A DNA stretch of 64,000 nucleotides from positions 5,543 to 69,542 of the IMG/VR virus record IMGVR_UViG_3300034105_001678; one strand, written 5' to 3'. A model generated the notes under the pieces. The model had not been told where the DNA came from. It worked only from the letters and a program-made list of their open reading frames with translations, and made no database searches. Positions within the stretch are counted from its first letter, which is position 1, and every line of letters begins with the position of its first letter. Source of the stretch: a virus. Lineage: Duplodnaviria > Heunggongvirae > Uroviricota > Caudoviricetes. A program made the position numbers and the translations under genes. Shown in pieces: positions 9,046 through 16,351 of the stretch.

Positions 9046-9406
9046 TAAAGTTAGATTTAACCTTTCACGTGGTGAAAACTATATGAAGTGGAAAGTAATG
9101 TATGACGACGGCAGGGTGGATTATCACCATCCTGCTGAAGTTCAGATCAATATGTTTGGCTGTACCCTATCTAATAATAGAAGAGCGGCCGACAAGATCT
9201 TTAATGGTGAAACTACCAAAGTGGTGTGTGCTTATATTAAGTGTAAGGATGTCCAGGTTATAACCAGTGACTTCAATACTGAAAGTAATACACAGATCAA
9301 GTACAACCCAAGAGAGATGCCATTCTGGAATGTGGATGGTGTTAATCACGACGGAAATTATTATGAAGAACTTTTTACAATAGATTATAAAGTTTTTGTA
9401 AAATAA
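9032..9406 (+). CDS. hypothetical protein
   Basis: Overlaps the upstream gene by 14 nt. Confidence 0.45.
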   Translation: MSKLNKVRFNLSRGENYMKWKVMYDDGRVDYHHPAEVQINMFGCTLSNNRRAADKIFNGETTKVVCAYIKCKDVQVITSDFNTESNTQIKYNPREMPFWNVDGVNHDGNYYEELFTIDYKVFVK

Positions 9407-9438
9407 TTTGGTGGATTAAAATAATTGTTATACATTTG
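9407..9438 (+). promoter_or_regulatory. Early promoter (TTTG 9407, TACATTTG 9431-9438)
   Basis: 20 nt spacer. Confidence 0.6.
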
Positions 9439-9489
9439 TAAAAGAAATCAATTTAAAACACGGGGACAGGTTACTGAACACAAATTATT

Positions 9490-10035
9490 ATGGGACTAGA
9501 TATGTATTTGTCGAAAAAAACTTATGTTAAACAATGGTCACACATTGAACCAGAGAAACAATTTGAAGTAGAAGTTAAACGTGGTGGTGAACCTTACACC
9601 GACATCAAATCCGAACGAGTGTCATACGTGACCGAAGGTGTTGGGTATTGGAGAAAGTTCAACGCTTTACACAACTGGTTTGTGGAGAATTGTCAGGATG
9701 GTTTGGATGAGTGTCAAGAAAGTTATGTAGACCGAACCAAGTTAGAGGAGTTAGTTGTAACACTTCACGAGGTCAAGAACATTTTAGAGAACTCACCAAA
9801 GAAAAAGGTACAGGTTAAAAATGGTTGGTCAAATGGTGAGGACACCTTTGTTGAAATCGAAGTATCGGAAGATAGTGAGAAGTTAGATGAGTTGTTTCCA
9901 ACATCATCAGGGTTTTTCTTCGGGGGAACTGAATATGATGAGTATTACAAAGAACAAGTTGATGAAACAATCGAATTGATTACTGACTTGTTGAAAGATG
10001 AAACGGGTGAATACTACTACCAAGCTTCTTGGTAA
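9490..10035 (+). CDS. hypothetical protein
   Basis: Preceded by the CGGGGACAGGTTACTGAACA UTR element. Confidence 0.45.
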   Translation: MGLDMYLSKKTYVKQWSHIEPEKQFEVEVKRGGEPYTDIKSERVSYVTEGVGYWRKFNALHNWFVENCQDGLDECQESYVDRTKLEELVVTLHEVKNILENSPKKKVQVKNGWSNGEDTFVEIEVSEDSEKLDELFPTSSGFFFGGTEYDEYYKEQVDETIELITDLLKDETGEYYYQASW

Positions 10036-10055
10036 ATAATATAACGGGAATATCA

Positions 10056-10087
10056 TTTGGAAAAATGGTATTCCTTTTATATCTTTG
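10056..10087 (+). promoter_or_regulatory. Early promoter
   Basis: TTTG 10056-10059, TATCTTTG 10080-10087. Confidence 0.6.
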
Positions 10088-10108
10088 TAAAACTTAAACT
10101 AAACGATT

Positions 10109-10753
10109 ATGCCAAACTGGTGTTCAAATTCTATTGTCATTACTGGTGACAAAGAAAAAATAAAAAAGATTAAAAGGGTGTTACAATCAATGGACACCAA
10201 ACAAGATAACATTGGTATATTTCAAACTCTTGTTGGTAAGGACGATAATATAAGTGAGTCCCAGTACAATGAGGGAGGAGCTTGGTATCAACATAACCTT
10301 GATAGGTATGGATGTAAATGGGATATCAACTGGGATGACTCCAACATTGATATTGAGGGTGATGAATGTATTACTATGTCACCACAAACGGCTTGGTCGC
10401 CGCCGGAGGGATTCTGTAGATTACTATCCGAACAATATGGTGTAGATGTTCTACTGGAATACTCGGAGCCTGGATGTGACTTCGCCGGTAAACTTCTCAC
10501 ATATGGTGATGGTAGAGAGGAGGAGGGAGAAACATATCAATACCTCGAAGGATTATACTTCATTGATGAGGATTACTTTTGGATGGAGGTTAGAAACAAT
10601 CTCGAGTATGAGTTTGAAGATGGAGAACCGAGAGAAGTAAAGGAATGGATGGAAGACTTCCAGTATGTAGATGAGAAACATCATAGTGACCTTATTGAGT
10701 TATATGATGATATCAAAGAGGAGTACGAAGAACAACAACAAGAATCAAAATAA
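10109..10753 (+). CDS. hypothetical acidic protein
   Basis: Long ORF. Internal ORFs 10254.., 10288..(-) and 10446.. are shadows. Confidence 0.5.
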   Translation: MPNWCSNSIVITGDKEKIKKIKRVLQSMDTKQDNIGIFQTLVGKDDNISESQYNEGGAWYQHNLDRYGCKWDINWDDSNIDIEGDECITMSPQTAWSPPEGFCRLLSEQYGVDVLLEYSEPGCDFAGKLLTYGDGREEEGETYQYLEGLYFIDEDYFWMEVRNNLEYEFEDGEPREVKEWMEDFQYVDEKHHSDLIELYDDIKEEYEEQQQESK

Positions 10754-10822
10754 TTTCACGGGAGCTGAGATGGTAAATAATCTTTGGCTCCCATTTATAC
10801 ACACTAAATAAAAAAACAAGCA

Positions 10823-11314
10823 ATGGGAAGATTTAATCAATCAATCGACGGAGTATTCACTGATCTAGTAGAAGTGGGACAAATTCCAAGTTATGACAAG
10901 TTCGTAAACTATGGTAATGAAATTAAACCAAGTAAAGACCTGAAGAAATTCACCGTCGAGTACAAGAACCTAGTAAAGGTGTTTGGCCCTACAGTGGAGA
11001 AGTTGGCAACACTTGAGGAAATCATTATGCAAATGAGAGCAAAAGAATCAGTGGATGATATTAAGTTGTCCTTAGTAAGAGATTACTTATATGCTCGTTG
11101 TTCATTCTTCCGTCGTGGCAAGTTGTCTAAGGACATTCGTGTTATCGTGGACAAGGCTGAATTCTGGGAAGTACCTAATGTGGATGATCTTTTAACCAAT
11201 AAGGACTTTATGGACAAAGCCGTTAGCAAACTTACAAGAGCAATGGACACTGAGATTAAGAACAATGTCTATGAGTATGGTAAAACTCAAGAGTTAGAAA
11301 ATACTAAAAAATAA
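10823..11314 (+). CDS. hypothetical protein
   Basis: ORF. Confidence 0.45.
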   Translation: MGRFNQSIDGVFTDLVEVGQIPSYDKFVNYGNEIKPSKDLKKFTVEYKNLVKVFGPTVEKLATLEEIIMQMRAKESVDDIKLSLVRDYLYARCSFFRRGKLSKDIRVIVDKAEFWEVPNVDDLLTNKDFMDKAVSKLTRAMDTEIKNNVYEYGKTQELENTKK

Positions 11315-11369
11315 TTAGTATATTCCAAATTAGTTTGTATCTTTACATCGAACAATAAAATAAACTGAT

Positions 11370-11939
11370 ATGAGTAAAATTAAATTAGGTAAGGAGGTTA
11401 TGATATCCGACCCTTGTTATGTGGAACCTACTTGGTGTCAACATAAGCTTAAGAATGTATTACCTGGAGAGTACTCCGTGTATAACAAGTACTTCAACGC
11501 TGGTGATTGGGGCATAAGGAATTCTATGTTGATTGCGGTCCATCAGGATTACGAGATGGATGACAATCTAAGATGGAAAGAATGTGCTGGAGCTGTAGTG
11601 GGTGTTGACTCGGGACAGGCTGGAATATTTGACCACGCGTATTACAGGAAGGACAGTGTCTTCGAGAATCAGGAATCCAAATTCCTTAAGGAGTATGTGG
11701 TCCACAACAATGAGGGAGGAGAGATATGGTATGCACATATGTGTGACCGTACCTTAGGTGAAGAAGGATGGGGACACTTCGAACACGGAGTGGTATCTAG
11801 ATCTGGATTCGGGGATGGTTCATATACTCTGTATGTTGCAAGAGTTAACCGCAAGGTGGTTGGTATCTGTATCGACTTCGAAGTTGAACCTGATGGTTCC
11901 ACAATTGAATTTGATTTCTATAAGAACCAGGCTGTTTAG
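11370..11939 (+). CDS. hypothetical protein (in the GC-richer region)
   Basis: ORF with a noticeably higher GC codon preference than its neighbours. Confidence 0.45.
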   Translation: MSKIKLGKEVMISDPCYVEPTWCQHKLKNVLPGEYSVYNKYFNAGDWGIRNSMLIAVHQDYEMDDNLRWKECAGAVVGVDSGQAGIFDHAYYRKDSVFENQESKFLKEYVVHNNEGGEIWYAHMCDRTLGEEGWGHFEHGVVSRSGFGDGSYTLYVARVNRKVVGICIDFEVEPDGSTIEFDFYKNQAV

Positions 11940-12140
11940 TCCTGGTTCTTCTTACTAACATCTAATCCAAAACAAATGAAAAAGTTCTTATTTAACTTGC
12001 ACTGGCTGTTTGACTTCTATGTCATTTACTTCACCTATAATACTAGTAAGATTAAAAGGTACCACGAGTATATGTCCAAGAAGTATGGAAACAAATACAC
12101 AGATTTATTCACGGGACCTGAGGAGGATTCCAAATAATGT

Positions 12141-12569
12141 TTGGCTATGAATGAACCAGAAATAACTTTAAAACCTTCACAGTGGCTGAATGCCGGTTGG
12201 ATATTGTTTGGCCTTGCGGGCATAATGTTTGTCATCCCTCCACTTATAGCAATATGGAAGATAATAGAACTATATTGCCACAAGTATGATTTCTATGAGG
12301 ATCACATTCTAGAGTCGAAGGGTGTCTTCACCGTCACCAGGAATGAGATTCATTATTTCAGAATCAAGTCCATCCAAATCGACGAACCATTCCTCTACAG
12401 GTTGGTGGACCTGTCTAGTTTGCACATTAAGACATCTGACCAGTATACGATGGAGTTCACCTTGAAGGCTATACCAGTAGGTAAAACTCTGGTGAACGAT
12501 TTAAGGACTGTGGTTAAGGCAGAAAGAAAGGCACATAATGTGAGGGAGTTTGATATGTACGACCTATAA
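12141..12569 (+). CDS. membrane protein with a bacterial PH (bPH_2/YdbT-like) domain
   Basis: N-terminal TM hairpin followed by a region resembling the membrane-flanked bPH_2 domain. The start may instead be ATG at 12147. Confidence 0.4.
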   Translation: MAMNEPEITLKPSQWLNAGWILFGLAGIMFVIPPLIAIWKIIELYCHKYDFYEDHILESKGVFTVTRNEIHYFRIKSIQIDEPFLYRLVDLSSLHIKTSDQYTMEFTLKAIPVGKTLVNDLRTVVKAERKAHNVREFDMYDL

Positions 12570-12638
12570 AATATATTTTAATGGAATTTGGAATTACAGA
12601 TAATTTTGTTTATAATTTATATATAAACAAATCAGATT

Positions 12639-12821
12639 ATGAAAAAAACAAACACTGGTCGTGCAACACAGGTAACTACCTACGTGCCGATCTCAGACAA
12701 CATTTACCACGATGGGTATTCTTACCGTGTACGAGTAAGAGTTCAGGGCGAGACTGTAAGCAGAAACTTCTCAAGCAAGAGAAAGGCTGTAGCTTTCCGC
12801 AACGAATTGCTAAGAGGGTAA
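12639..12821 (+). CDS. small basic putative DNA-binding protein (AP2/integrase Arm-like)
   Basis: YRVRVRVQGETVSRNFSSKRKAVAFRNEL resembles the AP2 / Arm DNA-binding fold. A terminator follows at 12846-12888. Preferred over the overlapping ORF 12581..12898. Confidence 0.3.
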   Translation: MKKTNTGRATQVTTYVPISDNIYHDGYSYRVRVRVQGETVSRNFSSKRKAVAFRNELLRG

Positions 12822-12845
12822 TTAAAGACTTCCTTAAAAGAGGGC

Positions 12846-12888
12846 AAGGCCTGGGTGTGAAAGCGCTTGGGCCTTTTTTTTATGTCCC
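12846..12888 (+). terminator. rho-independent terminator
   Basis: GC-rich stem then T8. Followed by the TATGTCCC...CCCAGGATGGAAAATAATGTTTGGC module (IRE-like, 12889-12935). Confidence 0.55.
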
Positions 12889-12958
12889 GTCAGTGTAAGA
12901 CGACCCAGGATGGAAAATAATGTTTGGCTTTAAAATATTCTAAATATTTATAGGATAT

Positions 12959-13669
12959 ATGGAGAAACTAATATACCTTGTCGAGGAAAACGTTTTATTA
13001 ATGAAGAGACTCGAGAACCTAACCGTGTATGACGGGAACAGGTTCCACCTAACCATCACCTGGGAACAGGATGGTCCTAATATGCACGGTGTAATACTCG
13101 GGACCATAAAGGTGGACTCACCTCAGATATCAGTGGATCTAATCGACGGTCTGATGAAGACAGCAGCCCAGTACTTGTATGACAACAATATTGACCCGAC
13201 CGATAACATTACCTTCAGTGTCTCCAGGATATATATAATGTTTGGCCATAACAAGATTGATCTATTCGACTACATCCCACACAACCTGAAGAGGGACCTC
13301 ATCGGTGACACCCCAACTATAAAAGAAGTAGTAGATGGACACTATGGTAATATCAACCCAGATCAACTACCAGACTTCAACAGTGAATATGACAAACACG
13401 TAGCTGTTAAAATAAAAAGATTACAAGCCGTCTTTAAAGTATTACAAAGGGGTACCTTTGAAGGTGAACCCTATAGACTTAAAAGTCACCCTGAGATAGT
13501 TGTTAACTCGGACGACAAGAACTTCACCGTAGGTGGTAGGGTTGTTAGTCCAGACTTTAAACTATCCATTACAGGTGAAATTGAATCTGGACCACAGACT
13601 GTGGAGTTCAGAAACTTCCTTAGAGAGAAATTCAAAAACCTTGGTATAACCGATTCTAACTTTATTTAG
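12959..13669 (+). CDS. hypothetical protein
   Basis: ORF. Contains an internal ATAATGTTTGGCC motif at 13245. Confidence 0.45.
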   Translation: MEKLIYLVEENVLLMKRLENLTVYDGNRFHLTITWEQDGPNMHGVILGTIKVDSPQISVDLIDGLMKTAAQYLYDNNIDPTDNITFSVSRIYIMFGHNKIDLFDYIPHNLKRDLIGDTPTIKEVVDGHYGNINPDQLPDFNSEYDKHVAVKIKRLQAVFKVLQRGTFEGEPYRLKSHPEIVVNSDDKNFTVGGRVVSPDFKLSITGEIESGPQTVEFRNFLREKFKNLGITDSNFI

Positions 13670-13679
13670 TTGGGTTAGG

Positions 13680-13760
13680 GTTTGGGGCCAAACATTATTC
13701 GTATTACAATGGTTGTTTAGACACCTATCATTTTAGTCAATAATGTTTGGCCCTTATCTA
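13680..13760. repeat. Perfect palindrome GGGCCAAACATTATT...AATAATGTTTGGCCC flanking about 45 nt
   Basis: Arms at 13686-13700 and 13738-13752. Confidence 0.7.
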
Positions 13761-14030
13761 TTGCGGTCCTCCCTCCGGTCGGACCTTCATCCCGTATTCT
13801 TGCCAAACAAGTTCACCCTGTATGACATCCCGTAAGTTGTTTGGCAAAAGTGATGTATGACTTGGCGGGGGATCTGTCGATCCCCCTTCAGGTAGATACT
13901 AGAACCTGGTCTATAGGGATATAATTATAAACCCATTATACTGGTGTATGACAAGGGGGATGTATGACATCGGGATGAAGGGAGGGAGACGAGAGTCTCC
14001 CGACCGTATAACCATTATACTATTATATGA
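13760..14030. other. Candidate replication origin / strand-switch control region
   Basis: Four TGTATGAC(A/T) iterons at 13819, 13854, 13945 and 13961. IR TTGCCAAACAA / TTGTTTGGCAA at 13796-13848. Hairpin GGGGGATCTGTCGATCCCCC at 13869-13888. Long-range IR at 13771-13794 versus 13971-14006. Non-coding over about 650 bp, between the plus and minus gene blocks. Confidence 0.45.
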
Positions 14031-14349
14031 ACGGGTATAATCTGTATATATGTATGTATAAAAGTATACCCTTTATAGAAAAATATAAAAAACAGATCAC
14101 GATTGACGCAGGGGTCAATCCCCATAGAGTTGCAACCAAAGTGGGAGAAGGTGGTAAATTGTGGGTGATATATACTAGAACCCAAAAACCGGACACAAAG
14201 TCACTTATTTATGTATATAAAAAGATCCCGACAAAATGTCACTAAAAAAACCCCTGTTTACGGGTATAAAAACGGGAATAAATTAGGGGTCATTTACATC
14301 CCGTTATAATCGGTCGGAGAACGATGTTCTCCTCCCTCAAAGATAGTAA

Positions 14350-14640
14350 TTACTTCTTCTGTTTAAACAACTTTGTCCATATCTGACTACGGGGATTACC
14401 TAACTTCATCCCTATATACTTTCCAATAACTGAACCCAATATATAGAATACTACTATGGTAAAGTTTCCCTTTAGTAAATCATCTATGGCATAATAGGTA
14501 GACACAAGAGCCACCAAATTTAACCATACTGAATTTAAGAGTAGAGCCCCTATCTTATTCTGGTAGGTATACTTTATCTCTAACACCTTAAAGATGTTAA
14601 ATAAAGTTTGTGATGTTAATACTATAAGTTCTTTATACAT
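14350..14640 (-). CDS. small polytopic membrane protein (possibly GtrA-like)
   Basis: 96 aa with about 3 TM helices, immediately downstream of the GT2 gene. Similarity to GtrA is not demonstrable by eye. Confidence 0.35.
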   Translation of the reverse strand: MYKELIVLTSQTLFNIFKVLEIKYTYQNKIGALLLNSVWLNLVALVSTYYAIDDLLKGNFTIVVFYILGSVIGKYIGMKLGNPRSQIWTKLFKQKK

Positions 14641-14670
14641 TTATCTTTTTTTTGTAACCTGTCAAATATA

Positions 14671-15387
14671 CTACCCCCAATATCCGTGGGAATTTTTGAA
14701 AAATTCTGGGTTGTTTCTGTTTAGATATGACTTAATCATTATCTTGAACATCCATAATACTCCCTTGTTCTTGAACCTACGGGATGATGTATAGGTTCCC
14801 TCTATCTTGACTACCTTAAACTCTTTTGATGTCACCTTTTGTGATATCGAATAATCCTCAGCAAATAGGTGTTCAGGATTGTATCCTCCTACTGTCCAGT
14901 ATGCTCCTGAGTTCCATAATTGAAATCCTCCCACTGCAAAGGGTGTCCCCATATACAAGGATAAGGTCTGGAACATATCAAATACTCTGAATACCCATCT
15001 ATAAGGTTTATCTGTATAGAATGGAACTGTTACCAAATCTTTCCTGTGAGATAAACACTCTTCTATTATCTTTGGGTTGGTTAATAATATATCTGCATCC
15101 AAGAATAACATATACGGAGTTGTTACCAGGTTACTTCCGTTTAATCTTCCTTCTGATGGATATCCTCCTTTGATTACTTCTATATCCAATATATGTTTGA
15201 AGTCTACTTGTAATCTCTTTATCCATATCAATGAATCATTATCGTCTGATATATCTGCTATGATTAATCTTACCCCTGAGATGTGTTTTTGTCTTGATAT
15301 GTATTGAATACAATTATATAAGATTATTCCCTCATTTTTGGATGGGATTACTATTGTTAACCTCTTACGCAATGACCGTATATTCAT
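14671..15387 (-). CDS. glycosyltransferase family 2 (GtrB / Dpm1-like)
   Basis: N-terminal IVIPSKNEG and the LFLDADIL DxD motif are typical of GT-A / GT2. Confidence 0.6.
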   Translation of the reverse strand: MNIRSLRKRLTIVIPSKNEGIILYNCIQYISRQKHISGVRLIIADISDDNDSLIWIKRLQVDFKHILDIEVIKGGYPSEGRLNGSNLVTTPYMLFLDADILLTNPKIIEECLSHRKDLVTVPFYTDKPYRWVFRVFDMFQTLSLYMGTPFAVGGFQLWNSGAYWTVGGYNPEHLFAEDYSISQKVTSKEFKVVKIEGTYTSSRRFKNKGVLWMFKIMIKSYLNRNNPEFFKNSHGYWG

Positions 15388-16081
15388 CGTTATTATATAT
15401 TATATAACTGTTATTCTCAATCCAATCCCCGCAGTTCAGATATCTGATGCCATCTATTTGTTTGTCGTCAGGATGATGTATATGTCCACACATTACCGTT
15501 GTACAGTTATGTTTCATCCCCTGTCTCACTATCTCCTGCTCGAATGATGTCATAAACTTCACCGCCTCCTTCACCTTATCCTTTAGATATTTGGATAATG
15601 ATCTCTTATACCCCCACGATTTGAGTCTCCTGTCAATGGATATCGCCATATCATATCCGATACTACCAAGAACTCCGAGCCACTTCAACTTAACCACACC
15701 ATCATATAAATCCCCGTGGGTAATGTAGGTATTGTTATAGACATACTCATTATGAACCTCTATGTTCCCGAAAGATAACTCAAGGTAATCCCTCATAAAC
15801 TCATCGTGGTTCCCAGGAATATAAATTACCTTTGTCCCGTTCTTTGAATACGATAGAATCTTCCTCAGCACATTCGTATGTGACTGCGGCCACCTGAACT
15901 TCCTCTTTAGTAACCACCCGTCAATGATGTCCCCAACCAAAAACAAATACTCTGGTTGATACATCTTCAGTACCTCCAACACCTCTGTTGCATTGGAACC
16001 CTTTGATCCCAAATGAACGTCCGAAATAAATAATGCTTGTATCTTCATCCCCATAAATATCCTTCCCATCTCACGGGACAC
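15365..16081 (-). CDS. calcineurin-like metallophosphoesterase, LpxH/YbbF family
   Basis: LFISDVHLG, LVGDIIDGW, IPGNHDE and GHIHH motifs with spacing like UDP-2,3-diacylglucosamine hydrolase LpxH. Confidence 0.55.
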   Translation of the reverse strand: MSREMGRIFMGMKIQALFISDVHLGSKGSNATEVLEVLKMYQPEYLFLVGDIIDGWLLKRKFRWPQSHTNVLRKILSYSKNGTKVIYIPGNHDEFMRDYLELSFGNIEVHNEYVYNNTYITHGDLYDGVVKLKWLGVLGSIGYDMAISIDRRLKSWGYKRSLSKYLKDKVKEAVKFMTSFEQEIVRQGMKHNCTTVMCGHIHHPDDKQIDGIRYLNCGDWIENNSYIIYNNDEYTVIA

Positions 16082-16099
16082 ATTAATTTTCTATTATTC

Positions 16100-16351
16100 T
16101 TATTTGAATAACACCCTTATCATATCCTTTGCACGATTTAAACAGTCAGTCCAATTGTTCCCCTGGGATATGACATTCCCCGTCTCTAGGTCAAAGATAT
16201 ACCATATGTCACCTATCTTACACTTACCCCCTTTAATCTCAGGTACATTCGGTGCAGGTCTAGTCGTGTTAATGGTTATCCTTTTGGAATCTACCTTTAT
16301 CCAATTCCCATTTAAAAAAAGATTCCTTTTCTTGTTAGATTGTCCAGTCAT
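16100..16351 (-). CDS. hypothetical protein
   Basis: ORF. Confidence 0.35.
   Translation of the reverse strand: MTGQSNKKRNLFLNGNWIKVDSKRITINTTRPAPNVPEIKGGKCKIGDIWYIFDLETGNVISQGNNWTDCLNRAKDMIRVLFK

Noticed and set aside
12581-12898. The 105-aa ORF 12581..12898.
   Set aside because: It overlaps the 12639..12821 ORF in another frame and runs through the rho-independent terminator at 12846-12888 and the IRE module. The shorter ORF that ends before the terminator is more plausible.
296-13760. CRISPR array as an explanation for the repeated intergenic elements.
   Set aside because: The repeat units are not regularly spaced and are separated by whole genes with their own promoters and terminators. 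They are palindromic and heterogeneous in length, and no cas genes are present.
14027-14245. The ORF 14027..14245 (72 aa) inside the origin-like region.
   Set aside because: Poor coding character (YICMYKS...) and no promoter in consensus geometry. It is likely non-coding origin sequence, though a small regulator cannot be excluded.
13670-14350. tRNA genes in the non-coding strand-switch region.
   Set aside because: No cloverleaf with acceptor/T-arm pairing and the GTTC motif could be assembled by eye. The hairpins present are simple inverted repeats. This is not excluded, because tRNAscan was not run.
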